From Flavobacteriales bacterium (GTDB lineage Bacteria; Bacteroidota; Bacteroidia; NS11-12g; UBA955), in contig CANFLS010000003.1 of the NCBI GenBank assembly GCA_947447955.1, positions 21,048 to 85,047 on the forward strand: 64,000 bases of DNA. Reading direction: 5' to 3'. The translations under genes and the position numbers were made by a program. Positions within the stretch are counted from its first letter, which is position 1. Every line of letters begins with the position of its first letter. Below, one piece after another: positions 1 to 10,607 of this stretch. Under the pieces are notes generated by a model. It was not told where the DNA came from and did no database searches. It saw nothing but the letters and a program-made list of their open reading frames with translations.

Positions 1-18
1 ATTAAAAAAGCTTTAGCC

Positions 19-705
19 TCATTCCTTTATTTCTTTGGTTTTTTTAGTTTCGCGGCTGTTTACGTCCCCCAAAATAAATTTAACATACATTATTTTCTTG
101 CCCATTTTTAGCCAAATGGCTTCATAAAAGGTTTGAATTTGTAGGAATTCTGGAACAGGAATCAGGCTGTAAACATCTGATATATTTTCGAGCAGTGTTA
201 AATTGTCTTCCGCTATTTGCTCTAAGCTACTTTCGTAGAATAAGTCTGAATCTGTTTTAATGTTCATGATGCCTGTTGCTGGCATTACTTGGCGGTAAAC
301 ATTTAAAAATCTGCCACTGCTTAAGCGCTTGCGTTCTTTTTGAGGCTGTGGGTCAGGAAAGGTAATCCACATTTCAAAAACTTCATCTTTTGCGAAATAT
401 TCAAAAAGTTTATCAATTTCTATTCGCAGAAATCGCACATTTTGAATTCCCTGTTCAATACATATTTTAGCACCTTTCCAAAGTCGGTTTCCTTTAATAT
501 CAACACCAACATAATTGATGTTGGGATTCATTTTTGCCAAACCAATGGCATAATCCCCTTTTCCGCAAGCTAGTTCTAATACAATGGGATTGGTATTGCC
601 AAAAATTGCTGCCCATTTGCCTTTTGTTTCAGAATTGTAATCGTAAGTATTCTCAAAAGAATCAAATTCGGCGAATTTTTCGGATTTATTTTTACCTTTT
701 CCCAT
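19..705 (-). CDS. trmB: tRNA (guanine46-N7)-methyltransferase TrmB. The start is taken at MGKGK; the longer track ORF (to 744) is an unlikely N-terminal extension.
   Basis: SAM-methyltransferase motif LELACGKGDY, and the length and overall profile match TrmB. Confidence 0.8.
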   Translation of the reverse strand: MGKGKNKSEKFAEFDSFENTYDYNSETKGKWAAIFGNTNPIVLELACGKGDYAIGLAKMNPNINYVGVDIKGNRLWKGAKICIEQGIQNVRFLRIEIDKLFEYFAKDEVFEMWITFPDPQPQKERKRLSSGRFLNVYRQVMPATGIMNIKTDSDLFYESSLEQIAEDNLTLLENISDVYSLIPVPEFLQIQTFYEAIWLKMGKKIMYVKFILGDVNSRETKKTKEIKE

Positions 706-769
706 TATGGTGCAAAAAAACATAAGAAAAATGAATTCACACATTTTATGTTGAATTACTTTTGCAGAA

Positions 770-1342
770 ATGTTATTGACACCTCAATTATTAATTCAGG
801 CGTATTTGTCTGGATCTTTCCCTATGGCAGATCCAGACGAAGGAAATGCTATTTATTGGCATACCCCTGAAAGAAGAGGAATTATTCCATTGGATGATCG
901 ATTTAAGGTTTCGAAGAATCTAAGAAGATTATATAACAAACGAAAGTTTGAACTGGTAATAAACAAAAACTTCCCGGAGGTCATTGAAAGATGTTCGCAA
1001 AATAGGGAAGATGATACTTGGATTTCAGAGGAAATCAAAGAGGCTTACATTGAATTACACGAAGAAGGATTTGCACATAGTTTTGAAGCGTATTTAGATG
1101 GGGAATTGGTTGGTGGTCTGTATGGTGTTTGTATTAGAAAAGCTTTTTTTGGAGAGAGCATGTTTCACTCTGTTACGGATGCGAGTAAGATTTGTTTGGT
1201 CTTTTTGGTTGAATTTTTAAGAGAGCATAATTTCAAATTATTGGATACACAATATTTGAATAATCATATTCAGCAGTTCGGGGCATATGAAATTAGCCAC
1301 AAGAAATTTTTAGCAATTCTCGAAGATGCTATGGATCAATGA
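770..1342 (+). CDS. aat: leucyl/phenylalanyl-tRNA--protein transferase
   Basis: About 190 aa with the L/F-transferase signature LTPQLLIQAYLSGSFPMADPD...GELVGGLYGV...GESMFH. Confidence 0.8.
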   Translation: MLLTPQLLIQAYLSGSFPMADPDEGNAIYWHTPERRGIIPLDDRFKVSKNLRRLYNKRKFELVINKNFPEVIERCSQNREDDTWISEEIKEAYIELHEEGFAHSFEAYLDGELVGGLYGVCIRKAFFGESMFHSVTDASKICLVFLVEFLREHNFKLLDTQYLNNHIQQFGAYEISHKKFLAILEDAMDQ

Positions 1343-1369
1343 GTAAAAATAATTTCAAATTCCATATAT

Positions 1370-2023
1370 TTGCCCAATCTTAGTGTTCTTGAAGTGAAAA
1401 CAAAATTTGAAATATTAATCATTGATGACCACGAAATCGTTCGGTTTGGAATGATTCAGGTATTAAAACAGAAATTCATTGGTTTGGAAATTAGTGAATC
1501 ATCAAATGCAAAACAAGCATTGGCATTGCTTAAAGAGCACGATTATGATTTGATTATTTCTGATTTGAATTTACCTGATATCAGTTCTCATGAATTGATA
1601 AAAGCGATTCGTAAGGTTGAAAAAGGTACCCCAATTATTGTATTCTCAATGTTTCCAAAAGATGTGATGGAAAATGCAATGTCTTCATTAAATATTCAAA
1701 AATATGTTTATAAAGGAGACGGATTGCAAATATTAACTGAGGCAGTTTTCGAAATCATGAGCAATATTGAAAATGGCAAAAAGAACAAGAAAATGCAAAC
1801 TGGTACTGACACAACTCCATTTGAGAAATTATCGGCAAAAGAATCAGAAGTAATGATGCTATACTTACACGGTAATTCAACAACAGATATTTGCCAAATT
1901 TTAACCTTGAAGCCATCAACGGTGAGTACCTACAAAGCGAGAATATTTCTAAAACTTGGCGTTACAAACATCGCGGCGTTAACAAAAATGGCGTTTTATT
2001 ACAACGTAATTACTTCAATGTAA
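1370..2023 (+). CDS. response regulator of the NarL/FixJ class (REC domain plus LuxR-type HTH)
   Basis: N-terminal receiver with LIIDDHE and phospho-acceptor D in LIISDLNLPD. C-terminal LuxR HTH: LSAKESEVMMLY...ICQILTLKPSTVSTYKARIFLKLGV. Confidence 0.75.
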   Translation: MPNLSVLEVKTKFEILIIDDHEIVRFGMIQVLKQKFIGLEISESSNAKQALALLKEHDYDLIISDLNLPDISSHELIKAIRKVEKGTPIIVFSMFPKDVMENAMSSLNIQKYVYKGDGLQILTEAVFEIMSNIENGKKNKKMQTGTDTTPFEKLSAKESEVMMLYLHGNSTTDICQILTLKPSTVSTYKARIFLKLGVTNIAALTKMAFYYNVITSM

Positions 2024-4892
2024 TATCCTTTTTGAGGGATATTTGAATGGTTGAACCACTTGATTTTTTTTCAATATAGCTAATTTCACCGTCAATAAGT
2101 TTAATAAACTCAAGGGTAATTTTGATGCCCATTTTATGCGTAGTTGAATGTCCGATCATTGCTTCTGTTAGCTTTTGGTTTTCCCAATCTTTGATAAGTT
2201 TGACTATTTCTAATGGCAAACCACGTCCAGTATCTGCAATTATAATTCTCACGTGTTCACTATCTTCTATCGTAGAAATATTTATTTCACCAGCGGAGGT
2301 ATATTTAATGGCGTTGTCAATAAAATTCCTCAAAATTGTTTGCAATATTGTGGTATTAGAATTGATGAAAATATCATTTAATGCATTGTTTGTCTGTATG
2401 GTTAAATTTTTAGAATTGGCAATGGGTTGATAAAATTGTACCAATTCAGAAATGATATTTTTAACATTAATCTGATGTATTTCAACTTTATAGTCAACAA
2501 ATTGTGTTCCTAACCAATTTAAAAAATCTGAAATAAAATCATGTAATTCTTTGGAGGTATTTGCGGCAATTCGAACAAGGTTGGTTAAGTCATTTTCCTT
2601 TTCTTTGTGTTTATTATATGTGAAATACGATGATTCAGCAAGAAACATCAATGGAGATTTTATATCATGCATTAAAATTGCATAAAGCTGATTTTTAAAA
2701 TCATTTTCTTCTTTCAAAATTTTTTGAGCCCTTGTTAATTCTGCAACCGTAAATTGTAATTCCATGGTTTTGTGGTTTACGAGCAAATCTAAATTTTCTT
2801 TTTCTTCTCTGGCTTTTCGTTGATTTCGAATAAAAACATAGGCTATAAAAATGCTTATAACCAAAATAACCAATAAAACAAACCACCAGGTGGCATACCA
2901 AATTTGATTTACCGTAATATCTAATATTTTCAATTCGCGGTCGTTTTGTAAGACATATAATGAATAATTCCCAGGTGGTAATCTTGAAAATTTGATAGTT
3001 CTGTTATTTTCTAATCGTTGCCAATTTGCGTCAATATTTTTAAGTTTAAAAAATATGGGCAATGGTTTTTCTAATTGGTAGTACTGCGTTAAAATGGTTA
3101 TTTCTATGGAGGAATGGTCTCTATTTAAGATTATTTCATTCCGTTTACCTAGTTTTTGGTTGTTGTTAACTAAAATGTTATCCAGATAAACATTTAAATT
3201 AACATTGGTTGAGCTATTGGTATTTTGTTTGATTCGTAAGAGTCCATGATCTGATGGAATAAATATTTTATTATTTATTACTTGATGGTTTTCAGGATAG
3301 ATCCCACCATTTAATTCAGTAGCTGGTAAATCTGATTTTTTATTCAATGAAAAATAATTCGAACTATCAAAGGTTAAATTTTTGAAGCTATTTTCCGGAA
3401 TAATAAAAACCCCTTTATTGCAAACTATCCAAAATCGATTTATCTGATCTCTTCTCAAACTTAACGATGCAAGCATCCATTTTTTAGGATCATTGGGAAT
3501 TCTATATTCTTTCGATTTTTTTATTATAAATACGCCATCGCCATATGTAGCCGCTATCAAATTAGATTTATACAATTGAATATCCCTCACTGTTTTATTT
3601 TTGAGATATTGTTCAGCCACTTTGAAATGAGTATCCAAAACAACTATGCCATCATTGCTGCATAGATGAATTTTATTATGGTAAATCTTGACTTTATAAA
3701 AATAAGTGTTGCGCGTAAATGATTTTACAACCCAAATTTTCTTTTGATTGAATTGATAAATCAAATTTGCAGAAACAAAATAGCGATTGTTATTTATTTC
3801 AAAAAAGTCACCGATTTCTGGTTTACAAGGTATCTGAAATTTGATTTTTTTATCTTGAATTGAATAACAAGTAAGCTGTTCATTCATATTATAAAAAAGC
3901 TCTCTGTTTTTCAATATTGAGCAAGCGCTTCCTGACCATTTGCCATAGGAAATCTTAGTTGGGTTTATGTTTGGTGTATTGTTGTTCCACTGAAATACTC
4001 CATTGTCTAAAATAGAAAATATGGAGTTAGAAGTACTATCAAAAGCATATGAATACAAATAGTTCTGTCCTTCTGGATTTTGAACAATTGAAAATTTTTC
4101 AATCGAATTAGGTGAAAACTGAATTAATCCATTATTGAATGTGCCACAATAAATGATATTGGAAATTTCGTCATAATACGCTGTTGTTAAATCAGTGTCG
4201 AACAATTTGGATAATACAACTTGAAATTTAATTTCAGTTTTGTATAAGTCAACGCAACAGATTTTATTGTCTATTTGTAGGATTAAAAATTTAGATCCAA
4301 TTGATAAGATTGAAAATCTTGATTTAAAGGGGATTTTTATCTCACTTGATTTGGTGATTATTTGAATCTGATGGTTGAATTCTTTTATAATGAGGTTATT
4401 GAAAGAATAGATAACATGGTTTTTTGATATGGATTCTGTCGAATATAAATTGTCAAATTGTTGAATATGCGATTTTAATTGCTTCAGTGAATCCTCTATA
4501 ATTACATTCTTATAAAACAATAAGTTAACGTTTTTCTTAGGATGAACAATTTTAATTTTTTTATTTTCTAATAAATAAACTTGATTGAATTCACCTAGGG
4601 CATACAATTGTTTGTTGTTTTTCATTAAATAGATTCCTGAAAATCTATTGCTTTTTATTGCTTTTGTATTTGCTTTATTGAAGTTTGTTAAATTATAACC
4701 ATCGTAACAATAAATACCAAACTGCGATGTAATCCATAAAAATCCGTATTGATCTTTGTTTACCCCGGTAACCGTATTTTGAAATAATTGTTCGTTTATT
4801 GGACTTGGAATAAAGGATACATATTGTTGAGCATCAACATTCTTGAAAAATGAAATAAAAAGAATTAAGGTGTAAATGATTTTATTTTTCAT
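2010..4892 (-). CDS. sensor histidine kinase with a large periplasmic two-component-regulator beta-propeller / Y_Y_Y sensor. It has no receiver domain.
   Basis: Signal peptide and about 640 aa of propeller-like repeats. One TM segment (WWFVLLVILVISIFIAYVFI), an H-box (LMHDIKSPL) and HATPase_c motifs (IDNAIKYT, ADTGRGLP). Confidence 0.75.
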   Translation of the reverse strand: MKNKIIYTLILFISFFKNVDAQQYVSFIPSPINEQLFQNTVTGVNKDQYGFLWITSQFGIYCYDGYNLTNFNKANTKAIKSNRFSGIYLMKNNKQLYALGEFNQVYLLENKKIKIVHPKKNVNLLFYKNVIIEDSLKQLKSHIQQFDNLYSTESISKNHVIYSFNNLIIKEFNHQIQIITKSSEIKIPFKSRFSILSIGSKFLILQIDNKICCVDLYKTEIKFQVVLSKLFDTDLTTAYYDEISNIIYCGTFNNGLIQFSPNSIEKFSIVQNPEGQNYLYSYAFDSTSNSIFSILDNGVFQWNNNTPNINPTKISYGKWSGSACSILKNRELFYNMNEQLTCYSIQDKKIKFQIPCKPEIGDFFEINNNRYFVSANLIYQFNQKKIWVVKSFTRNTYFYKVKIYHNKIHLCSNDGIVVLDTHFKVAEQYLKNKTVRDIQLYKSNLIAATYGDGVFIIKKSKEYRIPNDPKKWMLASLSLRRDQINRFWIVCNKGVFIIPENSFKNLTFDSSNYFSLNKKSDLPATELNGGIYPENHQVINNKIFIPSDHGLLRIKQNTNSSTNVNLNVYLDNILVNNNQKLGKRNEIILNRDHSSIEITILTQYYQLEKPLPIFFKLKNIDANWQRLENNRTIKFSRLPPGNYSLYVLQNDRELKILDITVNQIWYATWWFVLLVILVISIFIAYVFIRNQRKAREEKENLDLLVNHKTMELQFTVAELTRAQKILKEENDFKNQLYAILMHDIKSPLMFLAESSYFTYNKHKEKENDLTNLVRIAANTSKELHDFISDFLNWLGTQFVDYKVEIHQINVKNIISELVQFYQPIANSKNLTIQTNNALNDIFINSNTTILQTILRNFIDNAIKYTSAGEINISTIEDSEHVRIIIADTGRGLPLEIVKLIKDWENQKLTEAMIGHSTTHKMGIKITLEFIKLIDGEISYIEKKSSGSTIQISLKKDITLK

Positions 4893-4987
4893 TGCTCATT
4901 TGTAGATCATCACAAATGCTTTACAATTCTAATAAAAAAAGTGCATTTTCTTTTTGTTTTCCATTTCTTTTTACCAATTTTGAAGCA

Positions 4988-5737
4988 ATGCATCTATCTA
5001 TTCACATTGAGCAAAATCCTTATCAAGTTGATTTGTCGAATCCTTTAAATATTACCCTCGGATTTGGCCCCGATTTTGAAAATCCCAATGCATTTCATAT
5101 CGATTTTGCCAAAGTTGAACCCATTAGGGTAGGTTCTTTTGTGGGTAGTGTCATTGAAGGTGGTTCTGCCAATTGTGAAATTGTTACGTATTGTGCGCAT
5201 GGCAACGGAACCCATACCGAAGGAGTGGGGCATATTGCCTCAGAAAGAATTTCTGTTCACGAAGTTTTACAGAAACATTTCCTTACTGCCCAATTAATTA
5301 CTGTGCCTTTAATTGAAATTGAGGGAGATTGGGTGATTCATGAATCAGAACTCGCAAAACAAGAATTTTCGAATACCGATGCAATTATCATCAGAACTTT
5401 ACCCAATGATATAGATAAGCGAAATAGAATTTGGTCGGGAAATAATCCTCCTTATTTTACATTGAAAGCAATGCAAATGTTGGTGGATTTGGGATTTTCT
5501 CATTTGTTAACCGACTTGCCTTCTGTTGATCCTGAAGAAGATAGCGGCGCACTTGCTGCTCACAGGGTTTGGTGGCAATATCCACAAAATACCAGAAAAA
5601 ATGCAAGTATTACGGAATTGATTTATGTAAATGATTCAATTCAAGATGGCTTGTATTTCCTAAATCTCATGGTACCGAAAATAGCTTCTGATGCGGTGCC
5701 ATCGCAACCAATTTTATATCCATTGTTACCAATTTGA
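4988..5737 (+). CDS. putative cyclase-family metal-dependent hydrolase, kynurenine-formamidase-like
   Basis: The motif AHGNGTHTEGVGH resembles the HxGTHxDxPxH cyclase motif, and the size is about 250 aa. The start is chosen at MHLSIH. Recognition is weak. Confidence 0.35.
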   Translation: MHLSIHIEQNPYQVDLSNPLNITLGFGPDFENPNAFHIDFAKVEPIRVGSFVGSVIEGGSANCEIVTYCAHGNGTHTEGVGHIASERISVHEVLQKHFLTAQLITVPLIEIEGDWVIHESELAKQEFSNTDAIIIRTLPNDIDKRNRIWSGNNPPYFTLKAMQMLVDLGFSHLLTDLPSVDPEEDSGALAAHRVWWQYPQNTRKNASITELIYVNDSIQDGLYFLNLMVPKIASDAVPSQPILYPLLPI

Positions 5738-5738
5738 T

Positions 5739-6803
5739 ATGGCTTTGAGCGAAAAATGGCTTTATGCAGCCAATATGGTTGCAACCAAAATCAATAGATG
5801 GTTCAATAAGCCAAGTGTTCAAGATTGCGCTAACATAGACTCTATATTCATAGTTAAGTTAGATGAAATAGGAGACATGGCTGTATCAGTTCATGTTTTC
5901 GCATTTTTGAAAAAACAATATCCAAATGCAAAAATCACCTTGTTGTGCAAGCCATTTGTTAAGTCGCTCGTTCAAAATGATCCCAATATTGATTTTGTTA
6001 TAACCGAAATTTCTGAAGCAAAGGGAAAGTTTGATATTTGGGTTGAATTGCGTGGAAACTGGAAAACGTTATTTAAGTCGTTGTTAAACTGCGAAAAGTT
6101 CAGGGCCGACAGAGGTAGCATCAGGTTTTCGCAGCGTGGCAATCAGCCACATGAAATATTGACCAATTACCGCGTTATTGAAAATTTGTTATTTGAGGGA
6201 CAAAAATGCGACAGCATATCTGAAATATTGGAACATCCATTTTGCCGGCCAACCTTATATCCCTCAAAAGAAGAAAAAGAATTGGCCAATCAAAGAATTG
6301 CAGAATTTAAATTAAAGCGCTTTGGGGTAATTCATCCTTCGGCGAGGAGGATATTGCGACAATGGCCTGCTGAAAGATTTGCTGAACTTGCAAAGTTTTT
6401 GCAATCAGAATATCAAATCACACCGCTAATCATAGGCACAGAATCTGAGAAAGCCGTTTTGAATCAAATCAAAGATATTTGTCTCGAGTGTGAAGTATGG
6501 ATATCCAACGACAGTTTATTGACTTTATATGCTGTTATGCAACAATCTTCGGTATTTATTGGAAATGAAAGTGGACCATTGCAATTGGCTGATTTGGCAA
6601 ATATTCCGTGTATTGGTCTTTTTGGCCCAGGGGTTAAAGATGTTTTTTACCCTCAGAACAAGCAGGCAGTTGTAATTCATCATGTGTTGGAATGTAATCC
6701 TTGTGATCAAATACATTGTACCCATGCAAATAAACCCTGCATTGAAATGATTGAACTTCAAACAGTAAAATTTGAGTTGAAAAAACTACTGTTTGCAAAG
6801 TAA
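5739..6803 (+). CDS. glycosyltransferase family 9 (heptosyltransferase-like) protein
   Basis: N-terminal IVKLDEIGDMAVSVHVFAFLKKQYPNAKITLLCKP and a C-terminal GT9 region (GNESGPLQLA...GLFGP). Confidence 0.6.
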   Translation: MALSEKWLYAANMVATKINRWFNKPSVQDCANIDSIFIVKLDEIGDMAVSVHVFAFLKKQYPNAKITLLCKPFVKSLVQNDPNIDFVITEISEAKGKFDIWVELRGNWKTLFKSLLNCEKFRADRGSIRFSQRGNQPHEILTNYRVIENLLFEGQKCDSISEILEHPFCRPTLYPSKEEKELANQRIAEFKLKRFGVIHPSARRILRQWPAERFAELAKFLQSEYQITPLIIGTESEKAVLNQIKDICLECEVWISNDSLLTLYAVMQQSSVFIGNESGPLQLADLANIPCIGLFGPGVKDVFYPQNKQAVVIHHVLECNPCDQIHCTHANKPCIEMIELQTVKFELKKLLFAK

Positions 6804-6874
6804 AATGGAATCTTGTAAAAATCTGATGTAATTATGGCACAATTTTGGTTGTGGAAGACTTAAATTCGTAGAGC

Positions 6875-7798
6875 ATGCAGAAACCATTTGAAATTACAGT
6901 ATTGGGAACTTCCTCAGCTACACCTACGCGTGATAGAAATCCGAGTGCTCAATATGTTCGTTTGGATAAGCATTATTTCTTGTTAGATTGCGGTGAGGCA
7001 ACACAATTGCAGCTCACCAAGTACAATCTAAAAATGCAAAAAATTAAGTTTGTTTTAATTTCGCATTTGCATGGAGATCATTATTTTGGATTGCCAGGAT
7101 TGATTACTTCAATGGCGCTTTTTGGTCGCGTTGATCCATTATACATAGTTTGCCCTGAGCAATTGAAATCTATATTAGACATCATTCTCACAATTGGTGA
7201 TGCTCGTATAAACTTTCAAATCCATTATATTTTTACAAATCCTGATGCCTCGGAATTGGTTCATTCTGAAGAAGATTTTGCCATACACTCTGTGCCATTG
7301 AAACATCGGATTCCTTGTACAGGTTTTGTAATTGAAGAAAAAGGCCCAGAAAGGAAAATCAATTTAGACGCTTGCGAAAACTATAATATTCCCGTTTCTT
7401 TTTATGAATCTTTGAAATTCGGAAATGATTTTAAAGGAGACAGCGGCATTCTCATAGCAAATGAATTACTAACCATAAATGGATATAAAAATCGGAAATT
7501 TGCTTATATCTCTGATACAATTTACGATGAATCAATTATTCCTTACATTCAAAATGTAACTTTATTGTACCATGAGGCAACGTTTTTACACGACAGGTTA
7601 AAGAGGGCTGAGGAAACATTTCATACTACATCGCTTCAAGCGGGCATGATTGCTAAATTGGCAAAAGTGAAAAATTTGATCATTGGTCATTACAGTGCAC
7701 GTTACGATAATTTAGAACCTTTGCTGCTCGAAGCGAGAAAAAATCATCTCGAAACTTACTTGGCATTAGAAGGTGAAGTTTTCCAATTAAATAGTTGA
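6875..7798 (+). CDS. rnz: ribonuclease Z (tRNA 3' endonuclease, metallo-beta-lactamase fold)
   Basis: ITVLGTSSATPT...LLDCGEATQLQL...LISHLHGDHYFGLPGL and a C-terminal GHYS motif. Confidence 0.85.
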   Translation: MQKPFEITVLGTSSATPTRDRNPSAQYVRLDKHYFLLDCGEATQLQLTKYNLKMQKIKFVLISHLHGDHYFGLPGLITSMALFGRVDPLYIVCPEQLKSILDIILTIGDARINFQIHYIFTNPDASELVHSEEDFAIHSVPLKHRIPCTGFVIEEKGPERKINLDACENYNIPVSFYESLKFGNDFKGDSGILIANELLTINGYKNRKFAYISDTIYDESIIPYIQNVTLLYHEATFLHDRLKRAEETFHTTSLQAGMIAKLAKVKNLIIGHYSARYDNLEPLLLEARKNHLETYLALEGEVFQLNS

Positions 7799-7903
7799 TA
7801 TTTTGTATCTTCTGAATTTCTGAGTGAAATAATACACACTTGTTTTTCTGTGAATAAGTACAATCTTTTAAACAAAGATTTCGTTATACATTCGTAATTC
7901 ACA

Positions 7904-10588
7904 ATGAGTGCAGCACCTAAACAATCTTCAAAAAAAACAAAATCGTCAGCAGATTTCTTAAAAGAAAGGCCTTCTGACAAAACAGACCAAATTTCAGGAA
8001 AGGAAATTTGGAATGCTGCTACTTTGAAAAATGATACAACGCGGAAAGTCATTGGATTTCTGTTGCTCGTTTTTTCAATTATCCTTCTGGTTAGCTTTAT
8101 TTCTTTTTTCTTTACTTGGCAAACAGATCAAAGCGTGGCTGCCGATGGTGGCGATTTTGATTCGTCAATGACAGGTAAATCTACCAATGCCATGGGCAGT
8201 GTAGGTTCAGGGTTGGCCTTTTTCTTTATGCACAACGGATTTGGTTTAGGTGCATTTGCCCTTTTGCCTTACATCATTTTAAGTGGCTTGTATTTGTTGT
8301 TTGATTACAGACCATTTTCGCTACTTAGAATATTAACCAATACCATTTTATTTGTTATTTGGGTGTCTCTGTTTTTGGGTTATTGCTTTCAAATATGGTA
8401 TCCACTTTTGGGTGGTACTTTTGGATATTTCGGAATAGTCCAAATACAAACTGCAATCGGACCCATCGGAGCATTCTTGTTTTTAGCCGCATTTGCAGTG
8501 GTATATTCATTCGTCTTTTTGAATATGAATCCGTTTTCTCGCATTGTTCTGAAAAATCCGGATGATTTGTTGCACGAAGAATTTACTGATGAGGAATTAG
8601 AAAACTCAGGTAATCTAAATATCGTTGAAGAAAAGATAGAAACATCAACAAATAAAATACCCCCTACTATCAAAGTGGACGGTGATGAGGATGATTTATT
8701 GGTGGATGACGAAGATATTGACGACGGACCAAGTGTGAGTGATTTTGAAAATTGGGACGGCATGAATATTACTGTAAAGAAAGTGGAACCTGTCGAATCA
8801 AAACCTGTTCATACCGAAATATCAAAACCATCCTTTGAACCAATTATTGATGATAGGGAAATCCCAACCGAGTCTTTGAATCAACAGAATGTTGTTGAAT
8901 TTGATGAACCCGAAGAATATATTTTTAAGGGAAACCCAGAACCAATTGCAGCAGAAACACCTTCTCCCTCAAATGAAATTAAATTCGAAGATGGATTTGC
9001 CATCCAAGATTTAACCCAGCATGAAGATGAATTGGTTGAAGAAAATCAAGGCGACTTGGGCGTAGAACGATTTGGTGTTGATACTGAATTTGATCCCAAA
9101 GCAGATTTGAGTAAATACCAATATCCAACTTTGGATCTATTAAAAGATTATGATACAAAAAGACAAGAAATTGATTTTGAAGAAATTAACAAAAGCAAAA
9201 AGTTAATTCAAGATACCCTAGAGAATTACAAAATTGGCATTTCTAGCATCAAGGCAAGTGTTGGACCTACAGTAACGTTATATGAAATCATTCCTGCTCC
9301 AGGTGTTAAGATTTCAAGAATCAAAAACCTTGAAGATGACATTGCATTAAGTTTGGCTGCACTTGGTATTCGTATCATTGCACCAATTCCAGGAAAAGGT
9401 ACAATTGGTATAGAAGTGCCTAACAGAAATCCTGAAATGGTGCCAATGCGTGGCTTATTGGCAAGTAAGAAATTCCAAGAATGTGATTTTCAACTGCCTG
9501 TTGTTTTAGGGAAAACAATTTCAAATGAAATATTTATTGCAGATTTAGCAAAAATGCCCCATTTGCTTATGGCTGGTGCTACCGGTCAGGGTAAGTCTGT
9601 TGGATTGAATGCAATATTAGTGTCGCTGCTATATAAAATGCATCCTGCCTATGTGAAGTTTGTATTGGTAGATCCTAAGAAAGTAGAATTAACCTTGTTC
9701 AATAAAATTGAACGTCATTTCTTGGCCAAATTACCTGGCGATGGCGAGGCAATTATTACTGAAAATTCTAAAGTAGTAAATACGCTCAATTCTCTTTGCG
9801 TTGAAATGGACAACCGTTATAAGTTGCTTCAAGATGCGATGGTGAGAAACATTGTTGAGTATAATGGCAAGTTTGTAAATAGGAAATTGAATCCGCAAAA
9901 CGGGCATAGATTTTTGCCTTATATTGTTGTTGTAATTGATGAGGTTGCCGATTTGATGATGACAGCTGGTAAAGAAATTGAAATGCCAATTGCCCGTATT
10001 GCGCAGCTTGCAAGAGCCATCGGAATTCATTTGATTTTGGCTACGCAGCGTCCTTCAGTGAATGTAATTACAGGTATGATCAAAGCCAACTTCCCTGCAA
10101 GAATTGCTTTCCGTGTAACTTCCAAGATTGATAGCCGTACTATTCTTGATGGCAATGGAGCCGATCAATTAATAGGAAAAGGAGATATGCTTTTTAGTGG
10201 TGGCAATGAAATGATCCGTTTACAATGTCCGTTTGTAGATACCCCAGAAGTTGAACGAATTTGCGACTTTATTGGTGAACAAAGGGCGTATTCTACAGCT
10301 TATATTTTACCTGAAGTAAAAGACGATACAACTACCTTGGGTGGTGGCGATTTTGATGCCGATGAAAGAGATTCTCTCTTTGAAGATGCAGCAAGGGTCA
10401 TTGTTCAAAATCAAGTGGGGAGCACGAGCATGATTCAAAGGAAATTGAAAATTGGATACAACAGGGCAGGCCGATTGATGGATCAATTAGAAGATGCAGG
10501 TATTGTTGGTCCGAATTTAGGAAGCAAGCCCCGTCAAGTAAATGTTCCCGATGAATTTGCTCTGGAACAGTTTTTAAATCACCTTTAA
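7904..10588 (+). CDS. ftsK: DNA translocase FtsK/SpoIIIE
   Basis: N-terminal TM helices, an acidic low-complexity linker, a Walker A (GATGQGKS), a Walker B (VVVIDEVADLM) and a gamma winged-helix tail. Confidence 0.9.
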   Translation: MSAAPKQSSKKTKSSADFLKERPSDKTDQISGKEIWNAATLKNDTTRKVIGFLLLVFSIILLVSFISFFFTWQTDQSVAADGGDFDSSMTGKSTNAMGSVGSGLAFFFMHNGFGLGAFALLPYIILSGLYLLFDYRPFSLLRILTNTILFVIWVSLFLGYCFQIWYPLLGGTFGYFGIVQIQTAIGPIGAFLFLAAFAVVYSFVFLNMNPFSRIVLKNPDDLLHEEFTDEELENSGNLNIVEEKIETSTNKIPPTIKVDGDEDDLLVDDEDIDDGPSVSDFENWDGMNITVKKVEPVESKPVHTEISKPSFEPIIDDREIPTESLNQQNVVEFDEPEEYIFKGNPEPIAAETPSPSNEIKFEDGFAIQDLTQHEDELVEENQGDLGVERFGVDTEFDPKADLSKYQYPTLDLLKDYDTKRQEIDFEEINKSKKLIQDTLENYKIGISSIKASVGPTVTLYEIIPAPGVKISRIKNLEDDIALSLAALGIRIIAPIPGKGTIGIEVPNRNPEMVPMRGLLASKKFQECDFQLPVVLGKTISNEIFIADLAKMPHLLMAGATGQGKSVGLNAILVSLLYKMHPAYVKFVLVDPKKVELTLFNKIERHFLAKLPGDGEAIITENSKVVNTLNSLCVEMDNRYKLLQDAMVRNIVEYNGKFVNRKLNPQNGHRFLPYIVVVIDEVADLMMTAGKEIEMPIARIAQLARAIGIHLILATQRPSVNVITGMIKANFPARIAFRVTSKIDSRTILDGNGADQLIGKGDMLFSGGNEMIRLQCPFVDTPEVERICDFIGEQRAYSTAYILPEVKDDTTTLGGGDFDADERDSLFEDAARVIVQNQVGSTSMIQRKLKIGYNRAGRLMDQLEDAGIVGPNLGSKPRQVNVPDEFALEQFLNHL

Positions 10589-10607
10589 TTAGAATTACAA
10601 TACAACA

